Shown: one piece after another, positions 29,930 to 40,906 of the stretch
How the letters are laid out: the number at the start of each line of letters is the position of its first letter
Numbering within the stretch: the stretch's first letter is position 1
Assembly: GCA_965225855.1 (NCBI GenBank)
Contig: CBDDCK010000005.1
Location: 1,440,001 to 1,504,000, forward strand
Source of the DNA: Spirochaetia bacterium
GTDB taxonomy: Bacteria > Spirochaetota > Spirochaetia > SP-2023
Length of the DNA stretch: 64,000 bases
Direction: 5' to 3'
Notes under the pieces: model-generated
Database searches by the model: none
Seen by the model: the letters and a program-made list of their open reading frames with translations, nothing else
Told to the model about the DNA's origin: nothing
Program-made: the position numbers and the translations under genes

Positions 29930-29973
29930 CTTAAATTATAACGAATAAATACTCAAAAGAACCTTATAGCAGA

Positions 29974-30879
29974 CTATGCTTCAAACATCCATTTTTTGGA
30001 CAGGCGATCTTGAATATAAGTTACTAAAAACACTATAAAAAATAAAATAACAGATTGAGAGGATGCATATCCCATTTCAAAGTTTTTAAAAGCCGTAAGG
30101 TAAATTTGCATGGCGATTGTTGTTGTCGCAAAAGCGGGGCCACCATTGGTCAAAACAGAAGTCAAATCAAATATCTGAAAAGAACCAATAATTGCAGTGG
30201 TAAATAAAAAGAAGGTCGCGGACGAAACTAAAGGCAATTTAATCCGAAAAAAAACTTGAATAGGATTTGCCCCATCTATGGCCGCAGCTTCATAGTAGCT
30301 GGTAGGAATGCCATTTAATGCAGCTAAAAAGATTACCATAAAATAGCCAATCTGTTTCCAAATACCAACGATAATAATACTGGGCATAGCAAGTTGGCTA
30401 GTAGAAAGCCAACCTAAAGGCTTATCAATGATACCCAAGCTCATTAAAAACGTATTTAATAGCCCATTATCCGTTTTCAAAAATGCAGCCCAAATTACCG
30501 CAACCGCAACAGAAGAAGTAATATGAGGCAAAAAGAGAATAGTTCTCAAAGCGGTTTTACCTTGTAATTTTTCAGAGCCATCAATAATAGATGCAATAAT
30601 TAATGAAAGAAAAATCGCAATAGGTATCGCTATAAAAGTATAATATGCAGTATTAAGCAAACTTTTGATAAAATAGGCATCACTAAATAAGTGCCGAAAA
30701 TGGTCAAAAAATACAAAGGAGGGCGGACTTAACAAATCCCATTTTATCAGCCCCATCAAAAAAGAGCTGATGGTAGGAAACAGAGTAAATACTGTAAACC
30801 CTATAAAACTTGGTAAAATAAAAACAATTGCAGCTTTAAGGTCTTGATTTTTTTGTCCCATAACAATCTCATCAGCCAA
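29974..30879 (-). CDS. Carbohydrate ABC permease
   Basis: YYEAAAIDGA, TNGGP, MGYAS; start may be a few codons downstream. Confidence 0.92.
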   Translation of the reverse strand: MADEIVMGQKNQDLKAAIVFILPSFIGFTVFTLFPTISSFLMGLIKWDLLSPPSFVFFDHFRHLFSDAYFIKSLLNTAYYTFIAIPIAIFLSLIIASIIDGSEKLQGKTALRTILFLPHITSSVAVAVIWAAFLKTDNGLLNTFLMSLGIIDKPLGWLSTSQLAMPSIIIVGIWKQIGYFMVIFLAALNGIPTSYYEAAAIDGANPIQVFFRIKLPLVSSATFFLFTTAIIGSFQIFDLTSVLTNGGPAFATTTIAMQIYLTAFKNFEMGYASSQSVILFFIVFLVTYIQDRLSKKWMFEA

Positions 30880-30960
30880 ATTTCACCTAAAAACTTTCTC
30901 TCTCTTTTCGAGATTACCTAGCAGATTCTGCTAACTTTCAAGAACAAAAAAGGAAAAGTA

Positions 30961-32247
30961 TCATTTTAAATTTTTGCTCAAAATAGCATTGGACTCTATA
31001 ACAGCTTGATCCATTGCATCTTGGACAGACAATTCCCCCAATAAACTTTTTTGCCAATAGGTCTGTTGTAATGTATTGAGCTTACCATAATTTTGTGGTA
31101 GCTGCAGCGGATGCGCATGGCCTTGATTGTTAATAACATCATAAATTTCGATAAACCTTTGTGGATATTTACCCGGTTGCACATCGGCATAAAGCTCTAC
31201 CAATTTATCATCGTTGATAGCAGGAGGAACCCTCTTGGCAATCGCATTAAACTTTTCACCTTCCGGCCCACGATGATAAGTAAGAAACTCCCAGGCCGGG
31301 TACAACTTTGCCGTCTCTTTATAAAGACTGTAAATATTAGATTTCGTCATAGTCGTATTCCGTCTACCATCATCAGCGATGGGGTAAGGCCAAGCCTCAA
31401 AGCGCATATTTGCTTGCTTAAAAATAAATAACTGCGCTGAAGAGCCCTGAATATAAAACAAACTCTTTCCACCTACAAATTCATCTGGGGCTTTATATTG
31501 GGAATTCGCCATATCCTTAGGAAATATACCCTTATTGTACAATTCTATAAACCGAGATAGCTCACCGGTAGCTTGAGAATTATTAAAAATGGCTTCTGAA
31601 TAATCTTCAGAATACATATCCGTACCACTCGCATAAATAAGAGTCAAAGGAAAGGAAGATTCAGCTACGGCACCATATAAACTGCCACCTGATTTTTCAT
31701 AGATTTCTTCACACATACGGTAAAATTCACTTATAGTCCAGTCTTTGGAAGGCATTTCCATATCATACTCATCTAAAATATCTAAATTTATAAAGTAATA
31801 AAATGGGGCATAACCCCAAGGAAGACCAAATAATTCGCCATTTTTACCTCGGGCATCTTCAATTGCTTCTGGATAAAAAATGCTTAGATCGTAATTTTTA
31901 TCTTGAACAACCGGATTAAGGTCCTTTAAAACCCCTAAGAAGTTAGAACGGAAATTGCTATCAATACGCATTACATCAGGAGCCTGCCCTCCTCCAATCA
32001 GAGTTAATAACTTTGTCTGGTATTGCGAATAAGGTGCTACCAAAGTTTTCACTGTAATATCTGGCTTGCTTTTTGTAAAACCATCAATAATAGTTTGTTC
32101 TACACCAATAGCTTCCGGGTCCCCCCAGAACGCATATATAATATTGTTATCCGAGCCCTTATTCTCTTTACAAGAAAGCAATAACACCAATATAAAAGCA
32201 GATGTTAAAAAACTTTTCATTTTTAATTCCTTGTTAAAATTTCTCAT
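30961..32247 (-). CDS. Carbohydrate ABC substrate-binding lipoprotein
   Basis: LLLS-C lipobox, GGQAPDV, LFGLPWG. Confidence 0.88.
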   Translation of the reverse strand: MRNFNKELKMKSFLTSAFILVLLLSCKENKGSDNNIIYAFWGDPEAIGVEQTIIDGFTKSKPDITVKTLVAPYSQYQTKLLTLIGGGQAPDVMRIDSNFRSNFLGVLKDLNPVVQDKNYDLSIFYPEAIEDARGKNGELFGLPWGYAPFYYFINLDILDEYDMEMPSKDWTISEFYRMCEEIYEKSGGSLYGAVAESSFPLTLIYASGTDMYSEDYSEAIFNNSQATGELSRFIELYNKGIFPKDMANSQYKAPDEFVGGKSLFYIQGSSAQLFIFKQANMRFEAWPYPIADDGRRNTTMTKSNIYSLYKETAKLYPAWEFLTYHRGPEGEKFNAIAKRVPPAINDDKLVELYADVQPGKYPQRFIEIYDVINNQGHAHPLQLPQNYGKLNTLQQTYWQKSLLGELSVQDAMDQAVIESNAILSKNLK

Positions 32248-32362
32248 TAGATTTTTACCGAGATAATTACTTTACTTCGGTTTTACAGAACTATTCAATA
32301 TATTGTAAAGCATAAATTTGTATATGTCCAGAACAAAAAATATTTTTTGTACCCACCACGGA

Positions 32363-33481
32363 TCAAGTTTTCATTAAAGTGGGATCAAACAATTTTGGCG
32401 AAGCACTAAGCGGAAGTTGCACTTTGCTACCGCCATTCAAAGCCGATTGATAAATTGCTAGAATAATCTCTACAGATTTACGTCCCTCGTGGCCATTTAC
32501 CAATGGTTTATCTCCCAAATTAATGGCTCTTAGGGCATCTTCAAAAACTCGTTTATGTCCTGTAAAATCGATCTCCCGAGGATCTGCTGCACCTAGACCT
32601 ATATTCGCATCCAAGACTTGTTGACCATATTTCTTAATAATATCATGATCTTTGGCTAGCTTATGTTTGAAATCCCAAACTTTCAGCTTGTCATCTTGCA
32701 TAAAAACAGAGCCGTCTGAGCCGCAAATATGAACTTCAGCCCCATGTCCGGTTGTCGAATAACAATTTGTTGAACCTTCTATCACACCAATTGCCCCATT
32801 TTCAAATTCTAGGATAGCGACCGCGATATCTTCTACTTCTATTCTTTCGTGAATTTGTCGCTTGGCAAAAGCACAAAGAGAACGTATATCACCCGCAAGG
32901 TAATACAACAGATCAATGGTATGGATAGACTGATTCATCAAAGCCCCTCCTCCATCTAATTGCCATGTTCCGCGCCAGGCTCCACTGTCATAGTATTCCT
33001 GGCTACGATGCCACTTTATATAGGCATCTACCATAGCTATCTGCCCTAAACGCCCAGCCTCAACTGCTTTTTTAAACTCGGTAACCGAAGCTAAAAAGCG
33101 ACGAGGATGGATTCCAGCCAAAATAACTCCATTCTTCTTACAAGCTGTAATCATGGCATCAATTCGTTCTAGGGTAACTTCTAAAGGCTTTTCACAAATA
33201 ACATGCTTACCAGCATCAGCAGCAGCAATTGCAGGCTCTAGATGGGCTCCGCTAGGGGTTGCAATCGTTATAATATCTAAATCAGAATGTTGTAAAAAAC
33301 TCTCGTAATCAGAATAAGCCTTACATTGATATTTTGCCGCTAGTCTATTTGCGTTTTCTTGATGCCGAGAAAAAACACATGAAAGATGAGCATACCTGAT
33401 AGCATTTATCGCCTGCGCATGAAATTCAGCAATCATGCCACAACCGACAATCCCAATACCCATATTTCTTTCTATTTGCAT
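32363..33481 (-). CDS. Gfo/Idh/MocA family oxidoreductase
   Basis: GIVGCGMIA, TPSGAH, GKHVICEKP, GGGALMNQSIHTID. Confidence 0.95.
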   Translation of the reverse strand: MQIERNMGIGIVGCGMIAEFHAQAINAIRYAHLSCVFSRHQENANRLAAKYQCKAYSDYESFLQHSDLDIITIATPSGAHLEPAIAAADAGKHVICEKPLEVTLERIDAMITACKKNGVILAGIHPRRFLASVTEFKKAVEAGRLGQIAMVDAYIKWHRSQEYYDSGAWRGTWQLDGGGALMNQSIHTIDLLYYLAGDIRSLCAFAKRQIHERIEVEDIAVAILEFENGAIGVIEGSTNCYSTTGHGAEVHICGSDGSVFMQDDKLKVWDFKHKLAKDHDIIKKYGQQVLDANIGLGAADPREIDFTGHKRVFEDALRAINLGDKPLVNGHEGRKSVEIILAIYQSALNGGSKVQLPLSASPKLFDPTLMKT

Positions 33482-33597
33482 ATTTGTTTACTTTAAAAAC
33501 ATGTTATATGAGCAATATTACATCATAACTACTGCAACACAAAGTTGATAACATTAATCTCTTTCATAACAATACAGCAGAGGCACCGTAAAAGTTA

Positions 33598-33982
33598 TTA
33601 TCTTTTATTTTCTCTCTCACTAATTTTGTTCATCATAGCAATAAACCAACGACTACGACTAACAAGAGCAAACAAAATTAAGAGAATTAGAACAATACAG
33701 ATAGGCCTAGAAATAAAAGGTAGTATAGCCCCATCGGAAATAACTAAGGCTCTCCTGAGATTTTTATCCAGTATACTGCCTAAAATAATACCAAGAATCA
33801 TGGGGCTAAAGGATATTCTAATTCACGCATGATATATCCCAAAATCCCCAAAAAAATCATAATTTTTATATCAAAATCCCGGCTTGCCAGAGCATAAGAA
33901 CCAATGACGCAAAGCGTGAAAATGATAGGTACTAATTTTGTTCTCGATATTTGCAAAATTTTCACTAAAGATTTCACCATAG
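33598..33982 (-). pseudogene. tctA: C-terminal fragment of tripartite tricarboxylate transporter TctA, frameshifted and truncated by cassette copy 2
   Basis: LCVIGSYA...GILGYIMRELEYPLAP / MILGIILG...NLRRALVISDG...FISRPI; frameshift at about 33800; the 5' part is absent, with the cassette terminus at 33983. Confidence 0.85.
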
Positions 33983-36900
33983 TGATGCAGGACGTGATAA
34001 CTTTGTGCCATCGGACGTGATAACTCGACTCTTCTACTTTCCAGAATGGCTATAATTGATAAAAGCAGCCTTGATAAAAAAACTTACCAAGGCTATAATT
34101 GGCCAATGCAAGCGTTGCAACAACAAGATACAGCCTAATAGCCCAACAAAAAAGCCAACCAAGCATTGCTTACCGCATTTACTTGGTTGGCCTGCCAGCC
34201 AGCTTTCATTTAGCTGCTCTAAGAGCTATTGGGCAAGCGCAGTCAAACTAAATTAATTACCAACCAAAATATTAGTTCTTCGGTCTGCTGGACTACCCAT
34301 TACAAATCCTGCTGCTGCTTCCAGGTTGTATTCACCAGTATCATCACTAATACCATTCTTAACCAGTATCTTCTCGGCTTCCGCTTTTACACTACCGCTT
34401 AAAGTAATATATAAGTTTGTTGCACTTGCACGAGAACCTGTGGCTGTGTTTTCACCTGCGGTTGCGTGCTTAGGTAATGTGTATCTCTTACTACTATCAC
34501 CGGATACAAGCGTCAATTTGCTAAAGTCCCACTCTGCAACTGTTGTCGGTAAATTAGTACCCTGAATCACTAACTCGCCTCTATTAGCATAGTAGATTGA
34601 GGCGATGATGCTGGCTACATACCCACTAACGGTAATAGGGTTACTTGTGTCTTCAGCGCTACCACCTGCAAATCCTGCTGCTGCTTCCAGGTTGTATGCA
34701 CCATTATCATCACTATCACCATTCTTAACCAGTATACTATTGGCTTTATCGTATTCAGTACCCTTTAAAGTAATCGTTAAGCTTGTTGCACTGGCTGCAG
34801 AACCTGTGGCTCTGTTTATACCGGTTGGTCTGTGCCATAATAATGGTTGACTCTTACGACCATTACCTGCGACAAGCCTCAATTTGGTGAAGTCCCAGCC
34901 TGTAACTGCTTTTGGTAAATTAGTGCCTGTAATCACTAACATGCCTGTAACAATATTGTAGGTTGCACTGGTAATTGCGGGTGCGGGGTTTCCACTAACG
35001 GTTAAGTCTTTGGCTGTATTTAAACCCGCCCAAGCACCAGTGCCAACGCTAAGTAACCCATCTTTTAGACCATTGCTATCCATACCTGTTTTGCCATTCA
35101 GAGTAGCTTTATGTTGATCGGTAAGTTTCAGCCAAAGCGCTGTACCATCGTTTTTCATGCGGTACTTACCTTTTGCAAGACCGCGACTATCTGGCCCAGT
35201 GGCATCGTCATCTGCAGTATAGGAACTTAAGGCTAGGCCATCTACCACGATGGTTTGGATTTGGGCTTGGGTCGCACTAGCTAAGTCAGTACCTTGTACA
35301 GTTAACAGCGCCGTGCCAACATTGTAGCTTGCACGGGTAATTGCGGGGTTACCACTAACGGCCAAGGCTTTGGCTGTATTTAAACCCGCCCAAGCACCAG
35401 TGCCAACGCTAAGCAACCCATCTTTTAGACCATTGCTATCCATACCTGTCTTGCCATTCAGAGTAGTTTTATGTCGATCGGTAAGTTTCAGCCAAAGCGC
35501 TGTGCCAGCGCTATGCAGGCGGTACTTACCTTTTGCAAGACTGCGACTATCTGGCCCAGTGGCTGTGCCATCTGCAGTATAGGAACTTAAGGCTAAGCCA
35601 TCTACCGTGATGGTTTGGATTTGGGCTTGGGTCGCACTACCTAAGTGAGTACCTTGCAAGGTTAACAGCGCCGTGCCAACATGGTAGCTTGCACCGGTAA
35701 TTGCGGGGTTTCCACTAACGGTTAAGGCTTTGGCTGTATCTAAACCCGCCCAACTACCAGTGCTAGTAAGCAACCCATCTTTTAGACCATTGCTATCCAT
35801 ACCGTCCTTGCCATTCAGAGTAGTTTTATGTTGATCGGTAAGGTAAAGCCAAAGCGCTGTGCCATCGCTTTTAATACGGTACTTACCTTTTGCAAGACTG
35901 CTACTATCTGCCCCAGTGGCTGTGCCATCTGCAGTATAAGAATTTAAGACTAGGTCATATACTTTGATGGTTTGGATTTGGGCTTGGGTCGCAGTTGTAG
36001 GACTTAAGTTAGAACCTTGTACAGTTAGCAGCGCCGTGCCAACATGGTAGCTTGCACGGGTAATTGCAGCTTCAGGCGACTGCTCTTCAGCTTGTTCGAC
36101 TTGTTCAGCTTGTTCGTCTTCAGTTTGCTTAGATGGCTGATTGTCATCGGATACTTTAGACTGCTTATCGGGTACATTCCTAACGGTTAAGTCTTTGGCT
36201 GTATTTAAACCCGCCCAAGCACCAGAGCTAGTAAGCAACCCTTTTTTTAGACCATTGGTATTCATACCCACCTTGGTCTGAAGAGCAGCTTTATGTGGAT
36301 CGGTAAGTCTAAGCCAAAGCTCTGTGCCATCGTTTGCAATACGGTACTTACCTTTTGCAAGACCGTTACTATCTGGCCCAGTGGCTGGGTCATCTGCAGT
36401 ATAGGAATCTAAAGCTATGCCATCTACTACGATGGTTTGGATTTGGGCTTCTGTAGGACTTAAGTCAGTACCTTGTACGGTTAACAGAGCCGTAGCAAAG
36501 TCGTAGATGGCATTATTGATAGACGGCCCAGAAGATGGCCCAGAAGATCGATCATCGTCATCGGGTGGGGCGCAGGCCAAGGCCATAAAGGCCAGTAGCA
36601 ATGCTACAGGCAATAAAAGTAGTTTGAGCTTATACATAAGCAATACCTCCAACAATGGATAAAGATTGGCCAACCCATACGGGCTAGTCTGTAAATCCCC
36701 ATTTTGCTAGGGGGGTGTTGCGTCAAGGCCTTTATAAGGCTTTTTGTAAGTTTTTTTGTGTTAGGGCACTTTTTTTGTGTCTTAGTGTTGTAAGGTGGTT
36801 CAAAATCCATGCCAATCAAAAGGCTTGAGATTATTTGAGATACCTTGGGTAAAAATTTGTAATACGCTAGACGCAGTCCGGGCGTTGCGTTGCGTATGAT

Positions 36901-37305
36901 CGTACGAAACATCATGGCACAAAGTATAAGAATAAGAATTTGAGTTTTTTGTATCGCAGTACAGCCCAGTTTTTAGCAAAATAATACAATACAATTTTTT
37001 GCGATTTTTTTAGAGACTGCCACAGCCTCGTTGGAAAATCCCCAGGTTGCCAATCAAGAAAGCTAGTAAGGTTTTCAGTCAAAACCTTACTAGCTTTCTT
37101 CAGAAACCTTACTAGCTTTTTGAGACCGTGGCCCGTTACCATGATATTTTAAAAGCATATTGTTGCCGACAACCCATATGCCGAAAAACAAAAATTTTTT
37201 TACCTTTTTATTTTGGAAAGTAAGCCAATTTTTACCTTCCATTTGTCCCCAAAAAAATCCCGAGTTATCGCGTCTTATCCCGTTCAGTTATCATGTTCCG
37301 GATCA
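33983..37305 (-). mobile_element. Non-autonomous cassette copy 2 (3323 bp, both ends present, no matching TSD)
   Basis: Right end TGATGCAGGACGTGATAACT...GGACGTGATAACT at 33983; left end (minus) TGATCCGGAACATGATAACT...GACGCGATAACT at 37305; arms homologous to copy 1. Confidence 0.85.
34253..36637 (-). CDS. Modular repeat surface lipoprotein, variant 2 (A-linker-A-A-A-B-B)
   Basis: Paralog of 10267-12345 with the same RBS and lipobox (FMALA-C); four A and two B repeats. Confidence 0.9.
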   Translation of the reverse strand: MYKLKLLLLPVALLLAFMALACAPPDDDDRSSGPSSGPSINNAIYDFATALLTVQGTDLSPTEAQIQTIVVDGIALDSYTADDPATGPDSNGLAKGKYRIANDGTELWLRLTDPHKAALQTKVGMNTNGLKKGLLTSSGAWAGLNTAKDLTVRNVPDKQSKVSDDNQPSKQTEDEQAEQVEQAEEQSPEAAITRASYHVGTALLTVQGSNLSPTTATQAQIQTIKVYDLVLNSYTADGTATGADSSSLAKGKYRIKSDGTALWLYLTDQHKTTLNGKDGMDSNGLKDGLLTSTGSWAGLDTAKALTVSGNPAITGASYHVGTALLTLQGTHLGSATQAQIQTITVDGLALSSYTADGTATGPDSRSLAKGKYRLHSAGTALWLKLTDRHKTTLNGKTGMDSNGLKDGLLSVGTGAWAGLNTAKALAVSGNPAITRASYNVGTALLTVQGTDLASATQAQIQTIVVDGLALSSYTADDDATGPDSRGLAKGKYRMKNDGTALWLKLTDQHKATLNGKTGMDSNGLKDGLLSVGTGAWAGLNTAKDLTVSGNPAPAITSATYNIVTGMLVITGTNLPKAVTGWDFTKLRLVAGNGRKSQPLLWHRPTGINRATGSAASATSLTITLKGTEYDKANSILVKNGDSDDNGAYNLEAAAGFAGGSAEDTSNPITVSGYVASIIASIYYANRGELVIQGTNLPTTVAEWDFSKLTLVSGDSSKRYTLPKHATAGENTATGSRASATNLYITLSGSVKAEAEKILVKNGISDDTGEYNLEAAAGFVMGSPADRRTNILVGN

Positions 37306-37871
37306 ACTATTTAGTCGGGGCTCTTCACGCAAACAATTTTGGCAATACAATGTTGATCGGGTTTGTTGCCTTGGGGTGTTGGTTGGGGGTGGGGCAGCTA
37401 TTGGTTTGGTGTTGGGGTGGGGCTATTGTGGCTTTTCATTATTGATCTGCTGTGGAGACCATATAAAAAGGTGTTGGGCAAGACTCAATAATTCTAATTT
37501 CTATAGAAATTAGATAAAACCAAAAAAGACGCAACAATTTATATCCCATATTGTTAAAAAATTCTGCGTCAAAATCCTTTTTGGTTGGCCTTCCCTTTTT
37601 AAAATAGTGTTAAATAACTTTTTCAACCAAACCAGCTTTTAAACAACGGGTGCAAATCTTCATACGCTAATCTTTGCTTTATATATGCCTTTAATGTTTA
37701 ACAAATTGGGCTTAAAATTCCGAGGAACACGCTTGACAACATGCTGACCTGCCCTTCTCTATTAGGGCTATTAGAATTCAAAAATTTGTAATACACTTGT
37801 AATACACAATAAATAATAAATTTTTGAAAATATCATATTATCTGGGAAATGAAAAATAAATTATGTAAACA

Positions 37872-38663
37872 TTGAAGTTACAAAACATGAATAAAATTTT
37901 ATTTCACCAAAGCGAATTCAAGCATTCTGCTCATTTATCGCTAAATGCGAATGACTATAGAGCTCAACATTTACAAAAAATACTGAAAGCAAAAAACGGT
38001 AACTCTTTTGAAGCAGGTATTATCAATACAGAAATAACCGGTAAATTTCATATTGAAAACATAGCCTATGATAACTCTATCACTGGTTACTTTGTCGGAG
38101 GACATGACCCATTACAAAAACTACGTTGGCAAAATCTACGTATTGGCATTGGATTAACCCGCCCCCCCGTATTAAAACGCCTATTACAAGATTTTGCTTC
38201 TGCTGGAATCGAAGAAATCGCCTTACTGCAAACCAAACTATGTGAGGGTGAATATTCCAAAAGCCATATTTGGAATAAACTACAGCATTATCTAATTTTA
38301 GGCGCTGAACAAGGCCGAATCAATCGTTTACCCCGCTTAATTGTTGGCAATAATCAAGGCATCGGCTTAAACGAATATCTTGAAAAAATTAAGGAACTCC
38401 AACAAAAGCAAATTGTACTACCAAAAAATTGCATTATTCTCAATGAACATGGAACTCGCCGATACACATTACCAGAGATTCCAAATGCCACCAAACCAAT
38501 GTATATAATCTGCTTGGGCCCAGAAAGAGGTTGGACAGCAAATGAATTACAAACATTTCAGGATAAAAATTTTACAAGCTGTAGTTTCGGAACAATTACT
38601 TTAAGAACAGAAGTTGCTGCACATTTGGCATTAGGTTTATATTTACTGGAAACACAAAGATAA
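37872..38663 (+). CDS. rsmE: 16S rRNA m3U1498 methyltransferase
   Basis: AQHLQKIL, GAEQG, LGPERGWT..E, LRTEVAA SPOUT motifs; start may be ATG 37887. Confidence 0.88.
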   Translation: MKLQNMNKILFHQSEFKHSAHLSLNANDYRAQHLQKILKAKNGNSFEAGIINTEITGKFHIENIAYDNSITGYFVGGHDPLQKLRWQNLRIGIGLTRPPVLKRLLQDFASAGIEEIALLQTKLCEGEYSKSHIWNKLQHYLILGAEQGRINRLPRLIVGNNQGIGLNEYLEKIKELQQKQIVLPKNCIILNEHGTRRYTLPEIPNATKPMYIICLGPERGWTANELQTFQDKNFTSCSFGTITLRTEVAAHLALGLYLLETQR

Positions 38664-38952
38664 CAAAACACTCTCCATCAAATATTACTGTATATACACA
38701 GCCCCTGAAAACTTCTAAAATGTTTCCTAAATTTTTAAAAAATCTAAATTAGGAATACCACCCCAACCAAATAGATATTTTTCGGCCTAATAAAGCTTGT
38801 CCTTTCGTGCTTTCCGAATTATCTTTATCATAGCCTTAAGCCTTTAATTTTAAATACAAATAGGCTAATGGAAAAAAGCCAAATTTAGCGATAGTGCTTT
38901 GCAAAAAGCAATCTTACAATAGCTAAGTCAAGCTCAATATTAAGGATGGAAC

Positions 38953-39531
38953 ATGCCCTATTTACCCAATATTTTTGAACGACAAGGCGGAGTTGAACGT
39001 GGTTACGATATATACTCACGCCTATTGATAGACCGTATTGTTTTTTTGCAGGGGCAGATACACGATGAATCTGCAGATGCTGTAGTCGCGCAATTATTAT
39101 TTCTCGATTCCCAAAATCCAGAAAAAGAGATCAGCTTGTATATCAATTCTCCGGGCGGCTCAGTAACGTCTGGCTTAGCTATCTACGACACAATTCAATA
39201 CATTCGCCCCAAGGTACAAACTTTTTGTTTAGGGCAGGCAGCATCTATGGCAGCTGTAATCCTTTCTGCAGGAGAAAAAGGTTCCCGTTTCATTTTACCT
39301 TCTAGCCGTGTTATATTGCATCAACCTTGGGGTGGCGCAGAAGGCCAGTCCAGAGACTTGGCCATTACAGCTAAGGAAATTGTTCGGCTAAAAGAATTAT
39401 TGATAGGATATGTTGCCAAAAATACAGGGCAAACTTATGAAGTAATTGCCAAAGATATCGATCGCGATTTTTATTTGCCTGCCAAAGAATCAGTTGAATA
39501 CGGTATTGTAGACCAAGTAATGCAACGTTGA
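38953..39531 (+). CDS. clpP: ATP-dependent Clp protease proteolytic subunit
   Basis: YDIYSRLL, YINSPGGSV, GQAASM, LHQP. Confidence 0.97.
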   Translation: MPYLPNIFERQGGVERGYDIYSRLLIDRIVFLQGQIHDESADAVVAQLLFLDSQNPEKEISLYINSPGGSVTSGLAIYDTIQYIRPKVQTFCLGQAASMAAVILSAGEKGSRFILPSSRVILHQPWGGAEGQSRDLAITAKEIVRLKELLIGYVAKNTGQTYEVIAKDIDRDFYLPAKESVEYGIVDQVMQR

Positions 39532-39568
39532 ACAACGAAAAACTGAGTGTTAAAAGAAGGTGTAATAT

Positions 39569-40906
39569 ATGGCTAGAAAAAAAGATAAAGGAAATTTAAG
39601 CTGTTCTTTTTGTGGGCGCAGTAAAACAGAAAGCAAACAGCTTATTTCCGGTAAGAACGGCTACATTTGTGATGCATGCGTGGCAGCATGTGCGGTGCTA
39701 CTAAGTGAAGATGCCAATAACGATGAAGAGCTTATTCTCGATGAAAAGGCAGAAGGGATGGAAGAAAATCTACCCAGCCCAATCGAAATCAAAGAATTTC
39801 TCGACCAATACGTAATTGGTCAAAATCACGCAAAAAAAGTGTTATCTGTTGCTGTTTACAGCCATTACAAACGCATTAATAACATGGCTAGTAAAACTGA
39901 AATTGGTGATGGTATTGAGCTAGAAAAATCAAATATTTTGCTGATTGGCCCTACTGGTTCAGGGAAAACTCTTTTAGCCAAAACTCTAGCCAAGAAACTA
40001 AAAGTTCCTTTTGCTATTGCCGATGCAACAACTCTTACCGAAGCCGGCTACGTTGGTGAAGATGTAGAAAACATCCTGCTCAAATTAATCCAAGCTGCAG
40101 ATGGTAATATTACAGCGGCTGAACACGGTATTATTTACATTGATGAAATTGATAAAGTAACCAAAAAAGGGGAAAATATTTCTATTACCCGCGATGTTTC
40201 TGGTGAAGGTGTTCAACAAGCTTTACTCAAAATTATTGAAGGGACAGTTGCCTCTGTACCACCACAAGGAGGGCGTAAGCACCCTAATCAAGAAATGTTG
40301 CGCCTCGATACCTCAAATATTTTGGTGATTTGTGGAGGGGCATTTGTTGGTTTAGACAAAATCATTGAACGGCGTGTTGCCCGTAACCCCATTGGTTTTG
40401 GGGCTTTGGAAAGCCGTGACCACAAAATTCACGACAATTTAATGTATCAAGTTTTGCCCGAAGATTTAGTCAAGTTTGGCCTAATTCCTGAATTTATCGG
40501 TCGCTTACCTGTAATTTCAACGCTCAATGACCTAGGCGAAGCCGACATGATTCGCATTCTCACCGAGCCAAAAAATGCTGTGTTGCGTCAATTTTCAACA
40601 TTAATGAACATGGATGATATAAATTTACAAGTAGAAGATGCGGCTATTCAAGCTATGGCTAAGCAAGCTTTAGATCGAGGCACAGGTGCTAGAGGCTTGC
40701 GTTCCATTTTGGAAAATAAGTTGTTACCGGCTATGTACGAATTACCCTCGGTCGAAGATAAAAAGTGCGCAGTTTTAACTGAAGAATCGATCAACAATGG
40801 TGATATTCAGCCTCCTGTATTACTTGGCGATGCGATTGAATCGGAAATAGCTGCATGGCCCAAAAAATTGTATGAAGCTAAAACTCAACAAAAATTCGCC
40901 TCCTAA
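39569..40906 (+). CDS. clpX: ATP-dependent Clp protease ATP-binding subunit
   Basis: CSFCG zinc finger, [20 protein letters not shown] loop. Confidence 0.97.
   Translation: MARKKDKGNLSCSFCGRSKTESKQLISGKNGYICDACVAACAVLLSEDANNDEELILDEKAEGMEENLPSPIEIKEFLDQYVIGQNHAKKVLSVAVYSHYKRINNMASKTEIGDGIELEKSNILLIGPTGSGKTLLAKTLAKKLKVPFAIADATTLTEAGYVGEDVENILLKLIQAADGNITAAEHGIIYIDEIDKVTKKGENISITRDVSGEGVQQALLKIIEGTVASVPPQGGRKHPNQEMLRLDTSNILVICGGAFVGLDKIIERRVARNPIGFGALESRDHKIHDNLMYQVLPEDLVKFGLIPEFIGRLPVISTLNDLGEADMIRILTEPKNAVLRQFSTLMNMDDINLQVEDAAIQAMAKQALDRGTGARGLRSILENKLLPAMYELPSVEDKKCAVLTEESINNGDIQPPVLLGDAIESEIAAWPKKLYEAKTQQKFAS

Noticed and set aside
29063..32247. Carbohydrate ABC operons lacking an ATPase gene as an anomaly
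   Set aside because: CUT1 systems commonly share an MsmK/MalK-type ATPase encoded elsewhere.
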